NCBI RefSeq assembly: GCF_006345805.1
Contig: NC_043008.1
Location: 1,364,001-1,428,000 of the forward strand
Length of the DNA: 64,000 bases
Direction of reading: 5' to 3'
Origin: Octopus sinensis
Taxonomy: Eukaryota
Under the pieces are notes generated by a model. It did no database searches. It was given only the letters and a program-made list of their open reading frames with translations, and was not told the DNA's origin. Made by a program: the position numbers and the translations under genes. Positions within the stretch are counted from its first letter, which is position 1, and every line of letters begins with the position of its first letter. Positions 40,015-53,700 of this stretch are shown here, one piece after another.

Positions 40015-41287
40015 CTGAAATGCACACAGCTACAATTGATGACAGTGTCAAGAAACCATGATTCTGTTCTATTCTTGTAATCTGAATATCTGTTTACTGG
40101 ACATTCCTATGCCATTACCATTATTTAATGCAACAAATCTGAGACTCCTGCGTCCACATAATACCAACATAGCTGAAGGAGCACCCATAACTCCAGTTTC
40201 CATTTCAGAAGCAGATAATTAATCCAGAATTCGCTCAACATGTCCTAGGACACAGTTATTTGCACAAGAAAGAATATACATATACGATACAGGTTTCAAA
40301 TCACTTTAGTTTTCATGTGAAAGCTGTTCATCTTTGGAGGTCAGAAAGGCTGTATTAAGGATGGAGCAGCATAAAACTGTTTTCTTTTCTAACAAGTCCA
40401 TTCTAAGTAGGTTGTACTATGTTGTAACAATCCATTCTAAGTTTGATTTATTAAAATTCTGTCTGGTCGTTATGCACCTATTCACCTAATGGTTTGTTGC
40501 ATATATAAGCCTGTTTCACAGTTAAGTTCCTTGAAATTGTTCATTTATATATCATCTCCCACCACACAATTCATAATTTGCAATCTCTAATAATAAATTC
40601 CGTTTTCACGACAACTAACCAGTTTCACTAAGCTATATTTCGTTCTTCTACAGGTAAATAATCCTGTGTCATTTATTCATTAATCGGATCAAGAAATTTA
40701 TCTACCTTTTTATCTAGGATTTCTTATTCGTCCTGCTATTCAAAACAGTCATGTCATTTAAAACTAAATCTTCATTAGAAACCATGCAGCCAAAAACGTT
40801 AGAAATAGTGATTTGTACTTGTTCCTTGTTTTGCTCTTGAAAATGGCATCCATACTAAAATGGATGCACTAAATATAAATTTTTAACCTGTTAAAATTTT
40901 GCCAAAACTGTTAAACATAATATCGAAATTTCGGAGAATTTCGCATTAATAATTTTGAAGTAGCATCACACGTGAAAGTCCCACGTTTATTTTATGCTGG
41001 TAGGTGTTTTCGATAACTGTCTCTACGTTCAACTTAGTCACGTAAAATTGTTATTTTGTTTGTGCTAAGTGACACTCTGTTTGCAGAGGTACTTGTCTCC
41101 ATGTTTTGATGGCAAAATGGGCTGTCTAACCGTTCCAAAATTGTGCCTACAAAGTTCTCCTTCATAATATTTGGCCTTTTATTGCAAACACGGATAAATT
41201 CATTCTAATCAAAGTAGTAGTAGACACAAAAGAAATGATACTGAAATTCTCTGCAAATAATCTGCCAAACATTTTAGAATGAAATAC

Positions 41288-41407
41288 CGTTGACCTGTTG
41301 CTGAAGACAAGACGAAACAGACGTGTCCCCCGCCAAAAAATGTATATAAGCAATACCAAGAACTCCGCTGAAGGGGACCTTGAACGATGGTATCGGAAAC
41401 ACGATGT
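41288..41407 (-). CDS. Candidate exon D (DIVFPIPSFKVPFSGVLGIAYIHFLAGDTSVSSCLQQQ..)
   Basis: Acceptor TTGTTGTTAG; donor GTATTT (lower boundary 41288) or GTCAAC (41295); phase-compatible with exon C. All three frames are open, so the frame is uncertain. Confidence 0.35.
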
Positions 41408-41502
41408 CTAACAACAATATCAAATAATTTTTACTAAAAATTCCAAAACACACCAGTAATGGAAAGAAAGACACACACACACATGCACACACACACACAC
41501 AT

Positions 41503-41605
<103 letters not shown>

Positions 41606-41789
41606 CATATACATATGTGTATGCATGAATTTCCCTGCGTGCGAATATATGTGTACATACATGTATACATATGTGTTTGTGTATGCATCCTGAAATGCTG
41701 GGCGCGTTCGCTGCCAATGGAATACATTGTTATGAATGCCATTAAATCCTTACAATTCAAAATAAGCATGTGGATTGCTCTAAACTTAC

Positions 41790-41816
41790 CTCCTCCAGGT
41801 GAGAGAAAAGTGTCAC
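41790..41816 (-). CDS. Candidate 27-nt microexon C (GDTFLSPGG)
   Basis: Acceptor TTTTAATCGCAG, donor GAG|GTAAGT, phase 1-1. Confidence 0.35.
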
Positions 41817-43126
41817 CTGCGATTAAAATATTTCTTTTAAAATATCAGTTTCCAGCTATGAAGACCTTTGTCATTAAAGATCTTCAACTGATTGTAACAA
41901 CATCTTTCTGCAACTTTTTCGTATTTTTATGTGATATCTTTTTGTTTTTCATATAGAAAAAGAGTGGCGTTGCTTATGGCGATGTCTTTGTAGTTTCCCA
42001 CTGTCTACAAGACACTGCAGTTAAATTGCCATTGTATCGCAATTTACCATTTTTGTAGGTTAACAGAACAACTATAACATAGAGTTCTGTATACACTTTC
42101 CCTAAAAATCAAGATGATATACTACGATGTGAACATTCTGTGATATGTCTGTTAATGTAGGATTGATTTGCGGAAAACAACAATAATATCATCAATACCA
42201 AGAAGATTACGTTACTCGCATTTGGCTTTCGGAAATTTTGGCAACGTTTTCCCTATTGAGGTTCGATCTTCCGGCATATGACGAAGATTCCTTCTGAAGT
42301 TGAAGAAGTTTTCTTCTGATAGAATATCCTTATCTCTATTATACGTTAGATTTTAGTTTTGATTAATACACACATTCTCTTCAATGATATCCTCGCTTAG
42401 CAAATGTTATGGAAATTACATCTCATCTTTTACGAAATATATAATTTTGCTATTTTCATTTTATTAATATTAAAATATGAATATAGTGACCTAGAACTAC
42501 ATGTCTTTAGAAATTAAATTCTATCGATAATTACATTTGTAAAAACGCATTAGTAATACAAAGAAAAGCCAAAAAGTTATTTTGTTGATAGTCGCCTTTA
42601 CTGCTACGCATAGAAACATTTCGTTTGTTGTTATATTTTAATCAATTCTTTCAAATTCATATTTTTTCTAACTATTTAATGGAAATTTATTCTGGCTGTT
42701 AAACAAGAAAATTGAAAGTAAAATATTGTTTTGATAAAATGCAACAACTAATCTAAAACTATAACAGTCGACGAATATAGAAAAAAAATATATTCCATTA
42801 ATATATTTGTTTGACACGTTAGGTCTGTAGGTGTTCAGTAAAGTGTTATACGTAGATATATATTTTGTTTTTAAAAGATATTTGTCATATTTATATTGCC
42901 AGAATACATATCACTAAAAACGATAAACAGAGAAATAAATATTGCTTATCGGAATTCATGTAAACAACCAAATAAATTTGATGTTTATCTATTATCATAA
43001 TTTTTTTCTGCGCTTTAATTACTCCTGTCATAATCACCATCAGCGAAACATCCTCAGACACGTAACACATATATACTTACACTATATAGAATATATCAAT
43101 ACACATATGTAATCTCAGAAACTCAC

Positions 43127-43199
43127 CAAGCAGCTCGTCAATTGCTGTCCATGGAATTCCAATATGGCCATATTTTATGATGTTGAAACTTAAGGCTCT
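43127..43199 (-). CDS. Candidate exon B (RALSFNIIKYGHIGIPWTAIDELL)
   Basis: Acceptor TTTTGATGCAG, donor TTG|GTGAGT, 73 nt, single open frame, phase 0-1. Confidence 0.35.
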
Positions 43200-43429
43200 C
43201 TGCATCAAAATTATTCTCCGTCGATATCTGTACTTTTCATGAAGCAACAGTACTCGAGGCCCCAGCCGCACGGAAAACATAAGAATCGAAATTGGCAATA
43301 ATTATGCTAAGAAGATGTGCAAACTCGGTTAATACTCCGATCTCCTCAAGGATAAAAATGCATTTTGTGACAAAGACTGCAAACATTTCCGCCCCGTAAG
43401 ATGTCTATAAAGTCCTAACTATCATTCAC

Positions 43430-43434
<5 letters not shown>

Positions 43435-43501
<67 letters not shown>
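43435..43501. repeat. (GATA)n(GA)n compound microsatellite
   Basis: Direct reading. Confidence 0.93.
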
Positions 43502-43504
<3 letters not shown>

Positions 43505-44444
43505 TAGGGTAGACAGACAAACATTCCTAAAACAACAAAGTGATTTTGAAACCTGATACTTCATAATCATATTATTATTTATGTGAACTGAAACTCAATA
43601 CGAAATGAGTTCGTATAGACATTTTGGGAACGTTTGCCCATGCTTAGGTTATATTGAAATGCCCCAGCATGGATGCTGTGGTCTCCGTTGGTCGGAATTC
43701 TGGTTTAAGCTCCCCATTCAACACTTTATAACTGTTTTTATTGCTTAAAAGTTTCAGTGAATTTTAGCATATTTGTGTTCTACATATATCCTAAAATTTC
43801 AATTCTTTTTTCTTAAAATCAGATTTTAACATACGGACAACCTACAGGTTTTGCTTAAATACAAACCATGGAACACCTTTGGGAGCATCATCATTCCAAT
43901 AAATATGTTTATGGTGTGGAAAATATCGAACAAAATATACATCAGAGGGACAAAGAAGAGATGAGATTATTAGGTGATCCTTAGATGAGTTAAAATCAAC
44001 TGATAAATCGCCCTCAAGTCACATACACAATACAATTTGAGCAGGAATGTAAATTCCTATAGGGACTTTGAAATATAGAAATGATTTTGGATATATATTA
44101 AACGTTGGTGTATTTGAGGCCTTAGAATTTATACCAATTCGGTTATATTCCCGTGCTTTGAAAACCTTTCTAACTGAAAGTTTTCGTTCGTTTAATATTA
44201 ATCTCAATATTTATTTTTTTGCTACCATTTAACACATGCATTAGAGAATACATTCTGTCTACTGTAGAATAAATTCACGCTTCGCATTTATAAATTATTG
44301 TTTTTGACGGATTCTAGATACGCCTTAATCTCGGGCATTAATGCCTAAACCCTATTGATAAACTTTATGTTACATTCTTAATACATCGAGATGAGAAAAA
44401 TCATCAAAGTCTCCATGAAATATATTCTGACATATATTACTCAC

Positions 44445-44563
44445 CGTAGGTATACACACCTTCTTGCCAGTCAGCGATTTTGTATTTTCGTATTTAGAAT
44501 AATTTCTGTTTCGATATAAGTATGTGGTATAAGACCACCATTCACTTCCTGGACCAACAAACG
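44445..44563 (-). CDS. Candidate exon A (FVGPGSEWWSYTTYLYRNRNYSKYENTKSLTGKKVCIPT)
   Basis: Acceptor TATTTGTTTCAG, donor ACG|GTGAGT, 119 nt, single open frame, phase 1-0. Confidence 0.4.
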
Positions 44564-47500
44564 CTGAAACAAATACGTTTCCACTTTGTGGTCTCAGTTA
44601 TATTCATCTCAATGTTATTTCAGTCTCATCACATCTTTGCAAATATGTCACTTTAACCTCCATGATAAATAATTTCTGATCACACGCACACACAAACACA
44701 ATGCGTGCATGCGTGCGGACACATACAGACACACTCACGCGTGCACACACACAAATACACACAGAGAAACTCTTACTAAAGAACACAAACATGCAACTTC
44801 TCGACAAATCTTTTGACAGCATCACACAACTTTTACACATTTCAGCGAATAATCCTCTCTCATTACAAATCCAACAGTTCCAAATTTCTCAGACGGTTAT
44901 AATTCTCACTAAAATAGTATATCTCTCCACATAGTATAATGAAAAAAGTAACGAAGTAATCACTTACACACGAACAATATATCTTTAGTAACATTTTTCT
45001 TTCGTGACATTATCCATATATTACAGAAAACATGAACATTTCGCAGGTTTTGCAAGCGAATAGATAAATATATCTCGTGATCACCATAGAACAATTGTAT
45101 AGGTGAATGATTGGTTTATATTCCAATAGATATTCATGAATCAAGGAATTTTCAATGATAAATCATGCTTCGATGCGCCTAAAAATACTTTCCTTATATA
45201 TTATAAAGCTGACTCGTTGCCATTTGAGAAAACAGCTACGAGAGATCATAGCTGTGTTTTCTTTTTTTTTTCTTTATTTTCATGCATAGATGTACACACA
45301 CACACACACACATACATATATATGAGAGGCCCAGGGTGGTACGCAACGCTATGTAAGTGCTATGGTAGAACCGTAGTTAACCTCTCGGTTCGACAATGAT
45401 ACGATTGAAGAGTTAAATGCGGGTCTTGTATGAGCATGGATTTGTTAAACAAAACCAAGGTTGTGTGGAATTTTCAGGACATTTATAAAGAGAACGTTAG
45501 TCTAATATCTGTTTCTGGGATATTAGGGATATTCCTTCATCAGAGACAATGTGAGAGAGTTAACAGTAATTCCGTATACTGTGCATTTTGGGTACGCGAT
45601 ATTGACAATTCACAAAAATGAAGTGACATCGATGTCAACGCTCTTTGATGCGACCAGATACCAATTATCTTGCCTATCTGTGACATATATATATATAGGT
45701 GTGTGTATATATATCTATGCTCGAAACATTAAACCATCTTTCTTTCTTTCCCTGAGCGTCTGGTATTACTTTACATGTACCACGCCCTCGAGTAGTTCTT
45801 TGTGTGTGTGTTTTTTTTAAATTTACTATACACACACACACTCACTCACACAAACACACACACATATATATATATATTCGGCTGATGTTAAGTCAGTTGG
45901 AAGTCATAGACAAGCAAGGTAATTGGCATCTGGTCCCATTCCAGAGCGGAGACATCGATGTTTCTTCATTTTTGTGACTTGTCAACACCACGTACCCAAA
46001 ACTTACCATAAATGGAATTACATCCCGAAAAACTCCTTTAGAGTTCCAGGCTACAAGGCACATAATTAACCAATTCTTAGGAGTGGAATGTAGAGTTCTA
46101 TGCAGGTGAAATCCAGTAAATCAGTGGAACTTTTTCTATAAATAGTACATAGAATACAAATGTAGTCAGTGCGGTTGAAAACATGATGTAAGTATGATAT
46201 TCTCACATCTTTCTCCGCCTCTCTTTCTCTCACACTCACTCATTCTCTCTTACACACACACAACACACACACACACATAGATATCTAGTTAAATAGATAG
46301 TTAGATATAGTTAGATAGATAGATAGATATAGATAGATAGATATAGGTATATAGATAGATTGTAGTTGGCGCGTGAAAGCAGCGTTGAGATTAAATAAAC
46401 ATTTAGATCAGTGTGAGACGTTTAGATCAGTGTGCACAAGGGCCATATTCATTATTGTTTACCATTGAGAAAATGCCTCGCTTTAGGACTTATGTAATAA
46501 AACCACAGCCTCATTTCGATGAGGCATTTGGCGGAGAGGAAAATGTTTCTGTATCTTCTTAGCCATCACCGGCACAGTGTGCCACACAGGACTCATCATT
46601 ATAATTAACATGAAATATTTTGCTTCCTACAGTCTCCGTTTCACCTCTGTTTTTCATAAATTCAAACATCTGTACGGAAACTGAAATATTTTATCGATTT
46701 TCCGTTAATCTATATCCGAATCCATCAGGCAAATATTTTTAGTAGATTTTATAAATTTTCAGTTTTCTTTTTTTGTATACACTTCATTTTCTGAGGCCAT
46801 AATATTCTGCAAAATAACTCGAAACAAATTTATTTTTAAAATAATCACGTGTGGTTATTTGGTTTAATTATGTCGACGGTACGCTCATTAGTAATTTCAG
46901 AGGCACTGTTAGTTCATCAGTAGATTCTTAACATCGCGTGATTCTTTTGTTTAATCATAACTCTGATTCTCCAAGTTTGTACGTATCATAACTGAAGGTG
47001 ATTACGATCGAAACAACTTTGTAAATGTACACAGCATATCTTGGAGCCATGTTAAACTCCGACAAGAAAAACAAAACAAAAAAAAACGGCAACAACAAAA
47101 CAGAAAGAAAAATGTATTTATAACATACTCGTTGAATGTTTTTTTTAATAATAATAGTCACAGGTTATATTAGTGCATTTAATGACTTTAGACATTATTG
47201 ATTTTTCTGTAGCTGAGTTCTTTTATGTGTAAATGTTAAATAGGTGCTCTTGATAGATCAACGGTGTGTGTTGATTTGTGGTTTACAATTAAATGTAGAC
47301 AAAATGAAACACAGAAGTTACATGTAAGAAGATTTGTATTTTCTAAGCGGCACTTTATGTCCAGTTGAACACCGGACGTAAAATCTATTTATTTTCGTTT
47401 GATTGCTGTTTATACTGAATCTATTTTTGTTGCATTGTAAGTAATATGATTGTATTAAATAAAGGAGTTTCCGACTATTTTGAAGTTTTAATTGTGTACC

Positions 47501-48349
47501 ATTAACTAATACTAGAGCGAAACATATGTTTGCTGTTCTCAGATTCCGCATTGTTGTGTATGTATATGGAAATTATCGATAAACTATCCTTTACAATCTC
47601 TTATCGTATCAATGGTATTTGTTAAACGTAACGCACCGCTCTCACTTGTGATTGAAAAAGTGCTCTACATATGTTTAATTATGCTTATTTTTCATTAACA
47701 CTTATTGCTGGTCTGTTTTAGGATAAAACAGTCATGGATTGGCAGATCTATAATTGGTTTAGTAGCAGTTCAAACCGATCACTAGTTTTTAAAATAAGAG
47801 AATATATCATCCAGTATGACTTTGGTATTTTTAGACGGTAGAAGAATATTAAGGAATATGTAGCCATTGTTTCTGACTTATTTATCGAAAATTCTAGGGT
47901 TTCTTCATGGGGTTGACCTAAAGATTTTAAATTGCATTTTAACCACGGCTTTCCTGACTTATGAAGCGGATTTCAGCAAGGGACGAACGTTGTGCAATGG
48001 GGTTTTGCGGACACTTGACTGTGTACAGTTCAATGCGTAACTTTAAAGATAGCAGGACCTCATTCTAATTGTGATTGTAACATCGCACCTTGACTAATAA
48101 TTCATTAAGGAAGTATAAAAATAAGGATGCATGCTTTGCACACACATCGAAATACACTGAATAAATTAAGAAATGTTTCGTTCTTTTAATCTATTCATAA
48201 ATAGCGTAGTAGCCAAAAAAGAAATTAATGGCCTTTGTAAAAAAAAATTTTAGGCTTTTAAAATTACTAATGTGATCACGTTTATGTATCTGAAAATTAA
48301 GAATAAAAGAAATGAAAGAAAAAACAACATTCGGAAGAGAGTATATTAG

Positions 48350-48405
48350 TTTTGATTTTGATTTTGACAGTTTCAGCTAATGAGCTGTGGCCATGCTGGG
48401 GCACC
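48350..48405 (-). mobile_element. Isolated SINE 3' tail
   Basis: CAGTTTCAGCTAATGAGCTGTGGCCATGCTGGGGCACC matches 59972-60009, preceded by a (TTTTGA)n tail. Confidence 0.75.
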
Positions 48406-48934
48406 ACTATACATTTTTTAAATATTCAAATTACAATATAAAAGAGAGTTAATTCCAATGCGTGCGGTATGTATGTAGATGTATATAATAGGTCTGATAT
48501 TTGTATCCATTGTAGTGTGTTCAAATTTCAAATATATTTTTATGTAAATTATATTACAATATTTTGCACCACTAGCCATATTTGATCTCAAATACCTCCT
48601 TACTAGCCTCTTGAAATGGACATTTAATTTAAATTTACAAAGACAGAACTTCCTACTTTAGTATTCAGTGTTTCTGTAAAATTGGAGAAATAAAGGGGAA
48701 AGTTATTGAGAACAAGCAACTGCACTACTATCTGAACCTTTTTTCTAAAAGGACATAAAAGACTGTTGGTATCTGCCTGAATAAAGTGCTACTAAGGTAA
48801 ATGATAAGTTTTAATAAGAAGTGAAGACTAGTGAAAAGTTTTCAAAGATTTATTGATCATTATTGGCATGACTGAGATTTGAACATGCAATTAGCTACTC
48901 AGCATATCTCATTAAATATATTGATTCTTTATTT

Positions 48935-49013
48935 CCATTATTTACATTTGACGGATGTTTGTCCTATTCTTGTTTGTTGTTAATGTTTCGGCTGATATAC
49001 CCTCCGGTCTTCA
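48935..49013 (-). mobile_element. Short Penelope-like terminal fragment with degenerate hammerhead-like core
   Basis: Minus strand TTGAAGA-CCGGAGGGTATATCAGCC-GAAAC. Confidence 0.35.
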
Positions 49014-49629
49014 ATATATTCCTGTATGCTTTTACATTAAATATATGGCTTTGTGTTCGTTCATTTCTACATAGGGAAAAACTTAAATAATGTGAAAATC
49101 ATTCATTTTTTTCTATGATGATGTCTATCCCTTAGGGAAATTTGGAAACTTCACACTTAGCTTGCTTCCTTTAAAGTTTAGGGTAGAAATATTATAAACA
49201 CAAGTCACATATCATATTGTGGTGCCTGCAAGAACCTAGCACGCAATGATTCATTATTATCAAAGAATGAAAAATTGTTTCTAAAATAAAACTATTGTTA
49301 TCTATCGGATTCTGGTAAACTATTAGGCTTACTCTGTACGACAAATATATATTAAATGGGAATATGTCAAAAATGATTGCTCAGCGATTCCGGTTACAGA
49401 TTTACATTTGGCCAAAATCCTAATGACTAAAAATGGTTTGACAAAAAATGCTGTTCAAATACATGCGTATATTCATGTCAATGTCTAGTAGGTGGTTTTT
49501 TTAGCTCATTTTTTTTCATTATCCTTAGGTACCAATTTTACATTTTCCAACAATACATTTATGCTAGGAAGAAGTTCCATAAACTTTATTGTAGGTTCGT
49601 ATGGTTTATCTACATGTACAGAGTTATCA

Positions 49630-49676
<47 letters not shown>

Positions 49677-49839
49677 ACGCGTATGTGTGAGAGCGGTGTG
49701 CATATGTGGGTGTTTCTGCGGGTATGAATATAATACAGCGATGTTCGAATAAAAGCCATTGCGAAAAGACTACTCGACATTTTACTGGCAGTGATATAAT
49801 CGTTATTAATGAAAATAGCCATTACAATTTGGTTGTTAA

Positions 49840-49916
<77 letters not shown>

Positions 49917-49917
<1 letters not shown>

Positions 49918-50118
49918 TGTTTCAAATTTTGCAACAAGGGCAGCAAATTTGGAGAAGGGGATGAGTCGATTACATCGACCTTGGTGTTTTACTGGTACTT
50001 AATTTATCGACCCTGACAGGATGACCTTCGCGGAATGTGTACTTAGAACGTAGCGACGGGCGAAATACCGTTAAGCATTTCGTCCAGTGTGCTAATGCTT
50101 CTGCCAGGTTGCCACTTT
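49917..50118 (-). mobile_element. tRNA-derived SINE with (TAA/TAC)n tail
   Basis: GTCGATTACATCGACC...ACTGGTACTTAATTTATCGACCC...AGAACGTAGCGACGGGCGAAATACC; same family as 60931; microsatellite tail at ~49840-49913. Confidence 0.85.
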
Positions 50119-50161
50119 GATAATAATAATGGTGGTGGTAATAATAATAATAATAATAATA

Positions 50162-50190
<29 letters not shown>

Positions 50191-50192
<2 letters not shown>

Positions 50193-50320
50193 CCTTAGTA
50201 CTATTGGCACATGATCTGAAATTTTGGGTGAGTGTATACGTAGACAACATCAACCACAATACATAAATATTACTTATTTTATCGACGCCCGAAATAATGA
50301 AGGGCAAAGTTGTCCCTCAC
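50191..50320 (-). mobile_element. Second, more decayed SINE fragment
   Basis: TACTTATTTTATCGACGCCCGAAATAATGAAGGGCAAAGTT, homologous to the same family core. Confidence 0.6.
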
Positions 50321-50329
50321 AGCCAAGGT

Positions 50330-51260
50330 CTCCCTCTCTACTTTCGCATCATCGTCCTTCAGTCTACAGGCGTATGTTTAGACTAGGCGCGTTTACTTGG
50401 AGCATTCTTGCTACATTCAGCCATCTTTCAAAACATTGCTGGGTGTCAGTACTTCCTTCTCTACACTCAAATACCTTTTCAAGTGAGACTTGAAAAATCT
50501 GATAAGGCTTTAGCTAAAGACGGAATAATCTGTCTTCAATACATTCAATATAGTCCACAATAACGATCTTTTTCTAAGGTCACCACAGTAATAACCCATG
50601 GCTGCCAATTCCGGTCAAAGGAAGGCAACCGAACGATTTAACAATGGATTCAACAGATAGACAGATCCTTTGGACACATGGTAGGAAGTGTTCGACGTAA
50701 ACTCAGAAGTCAACAAGGTTCAGATACTGGAGGAGAGCGTGCAGAAGAGTTACATCTCGGGCAAGCGCAGCTGATGGCACTTTCGTACCTGTAGAGCTTA
50801 TGCCGAATCGGTAGCACAGTCAGACTAAATATTTCTAGAAATTATCAATAGACTCTTGCTCGAAAGTCCTCCGAAACAGACAAGAGAGTTGATTCCCATT
50901 TACTCGAGAAAGCCGTTGGAATTCACCGGCACTGCATTGCCCGATTGACAGAAAAGTGCCTGACAATATTCTGTCTCAGGAGCTCTGCGTCGGTCGATAA
51001 CCGATCCAGTTCTGCATCCTCAGCAAAGAGACGAGCGGAGGAAATTCCCATCTAAAAACGGTGACCACACCGGCTGATTGTCAAGCAAGCGCTGGAGGTG
51101 TCGTTGCCTCAGCGCATGTCAGCGTATCAGCAGCTAAGTCCTCCATTTAGCGGATGCTGTAGACAAATAGAGAGCGTGACCGATGAAACGCATCCGTTCC
51201 GCAGAATGGTCCTTTTGTTCTCTATATTTTCCGAACCAATTCAACACACTTAGGATAGTA
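50330..51260 (-). mobile_element. Diverged 3' fragment of an L1/Tx1-like LINE related to the 30.6 kb element
   Basis: Minus strand has LRQRHLQRL..QPVWSPF and LPIRHKLYRY..AISCACPRC, plus AAAGATGGCTGAATGTAGCAAG matching 35034-35055. Confidence 0.8.
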
Positions 51261-51644
51261 CCTGTAACTGGACAACCACATATAGTGTCATTGCATCGCA
51301 GCCTAAGATGTGTATGGAATATAGATTTGTCTTCGTAGATATTCAGCTGCATAACACTTATTATGCAAGGATTCAGTTATGTTAACAGCTAAACATATAT
51401 CGCAAAAACCGATTACTGGTTCATTGCTGTGAATGTTAAATGAATAAAATGTGTTACAGAGTAGGACGTCATTCTTCAATATTTAAATATATATTTTACT
51501 CTTTATTTTTAATGTCAGGCGATCGAATCTACGTTTAAGTTGATTTCGTTAGATTGAACACATTCGATATCAGGATTAATTACGTATGTGTATGTTATTG
51601 TCTATGTCTGCGTAGCTTAGTTTTTGTTTGTCTCCCAGCACCGT

Positions 51645-51810
51645 GTTAGTTTCTTTTATTTCCCCGTAACTTAGTGGTTCGGCAAAAAAGGGAATTATAT
51701 ACAAGTACCAAACATAGAGAGAAATAGATTGCCGTGGTCTATTTTTACGCTAAGCACAACAAGAAAATAACCCCAGAATGGTCACAGTCGAATGACAAAA
51801 ACAGTTAAGA
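51645..51810 (+). mobile_element. Decayed SINE 3' half
   Basis: TCCCCGTAACTTAGTGGTTCGGCAAAA...CCCCAGAATGGTCACAGTCGAATGAC (degenerate shared tail). Confidence 0.55.
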
Positions 51811-52723
51811 TGTAATTCAGAAACTGCTTCTACTACGCCTGGTACCCAAAATCTCAAGTATGGCATTCAGCAAATAATAATTACTATTATGGTTACATGA
51901 ACACAAAATTACGATAACATATTTATTACTAACAAAATATGAAGAGATATATTTGAAAATCAGTTTAGAAAGCAAACGCATATATTCTTCAACCACCTTT
52001 TTCTCTTCCGTAGCGAGTAATGATTAATAGAAATCTCAATTGAACGTGAAATTATACAAAGTGAAATATAAAAATTAAATGGTTTTGCAAATCACGTGAC
52101 AATATGACGCTATTTAAAACGTTCCCACGTACGTTGAGTAGTTCGTTTGATTTTCTATTTTAGAAATAACTAATTCAATTGTCTCTAATTATTTCAGAAA
52201 ACAAGTCTTATATTTTGTAAAATGTGAAGTGGAATATTCTTTTCCGTCTAATCTTTCTGGAATCGTATACACAACCCTACTTGGAGGACATATAAAGCAT
52301 ACAATAAGAGCTCTTAGAATATAATCGATTATGTTTTTATTTTCAATATATAAATATCCATTTCGAAATTAATCGATAGTCGCATTGAATAATACTGTTA
52401 GAATTTAATGTTGAATAGTATTAATTTGATAAACTTAATATACCTTGCTAATATTATACGTACATACATATATTCATATATATATGTGTGTGAGCGCGCC
52501 CACGCGTGCGTGTGTCTAAGTATATATGTAAGTATATGGCTATATATATATATACATACACACGTGTATATATTAGGCTATATTTATATATATATATATA
52601 TATATGGGGATATCGTGTGCTTGTGTTGGGGGAGGTGAGGTGCGTGTGTACGTGAGCGCGTATTTACACGCACACAACACTGGGACGCGAAATGAATAAG
52701 AAATTAAAAGGACGTTAAGCGCG

Positions 52724-52943
52724 AAGGCAGTGAACTGGCAGAAACACCACCACATCTGGCAAATTGCTCAGCAGTATTCCAGTTGTTTTCATGTTTCGAT
52801 TGAATTTCTGTCGAGATCGACTTCTTTAACTTTTAACTATTTGCTATCGATAAATAGGTAGCAGTTGAGTATTGCGGTCAATGATATTGATTTACATTCT
52901 CACACCAAACTTTCTGGCCTCGCGACAAAATTTGAAACCAGTA
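52724..52943 (+). mobile_element. Decayed tRNA-derived SINE
   Basis: AAGGCAGTGAACTGGCAGAAAC head and CTGGCCTCGCGACAAAATTTGAAACCA tail; collinear with the 5692 copy. Confidence 0.7.
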
Positions 52944-53199
52944 TGTCTTCAAATACAAAAAGGACATTGTATTAAGCAGCGAAGCAATTTAAGGTTACAG
53001 ATGAGGGGAAATTTGTCTTCCCAATGCTAATATTTTTGTGAATCATTACCACAACATCCATAGAATTTCAGTAGTACTTACAACCTAACCAACGCTCGCC
53101 ACACTCCAACCCAAACGCATTCCTTTACACACAAACTACTGCATACATATCGTTAACTGTTACTTCAAATTTTCGCCATAATATGGTTTATGGCCTCCA

Positions 53200-53700
53200 G
53201 ACCCTTGTGTGCTACTTTATAATTCTTAGTCAAAATTGGAACGCAATATCGAATTTGGAGTGCCAGAATCACAAAATATGCAGAATGCGGGTAATTGAGA
53301 GTAATTCCATAACTCACGCTCCGAATACAGGGTGATTTGTTCCCTACAGACCATCTTGACTTGCTCTAGGAGAAGGTGCCTCTGCATCATTCTAACTGGG
53401 TGATGAAACAACAAATGAATCGCTGAAATGTTAATGCGTTGTATCACGATTTTGCAAAGGTCTTTCATAAGCTTGATCTCGGTATAATGACAGTCTACGG
53501 AGACTACGGGAGTGGTTAAATGACTTCTGAAAAACAAAAGGTAGGCTTCAGACAATGATAAGGAGGGCAGTGTCACAGGGAATTGTCGTGGGGGCCCTGC
53601 TGTTTATGTTGGCTCTGTCGGACATGCTATCCGTTACGAAGAGTGTCATACTTGCTAGCTATGCCAGCGATACAGAAATTAATACAAGCAGACGAGGCAC
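53200..53700 (+). mobile_element. CR1-like LINE reverse transcriptase remnant
   Basis: NVNALYHDFAKVFHKLD (cf. LDFAKAFDKVD), VSQGIVVGALLFM (cf. VPQGTVLGPLLF), SYASDT (cf. YADD), broken by stops. Confidence 0.75.

Noticed and set aside
46007-46050. Extra minus-strand exon candidate with a GTAAGT donor (WNSKGVFRDVIPFM)
   Set aside because: Ends in phase 0, incompatible with the phase-1 start of exon 44445-44563.
46507-46535. Minus-strand GCCAAATGCCTC matching the 28S R2 target site, within the hairpin GCCTCAT-TTCG-ATGAGGC
   Set aside because: Only a 12-nt match, no other rDNA, and 32 kb from the R2-like fragment; compatible with chance.
46955-47161. MAPRYAVYIYKVVSIVITFSY as a signal-peptide first exon
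   Set aside because: Only a weak donor is available and no phase-consistent link to the exon chain could be made.
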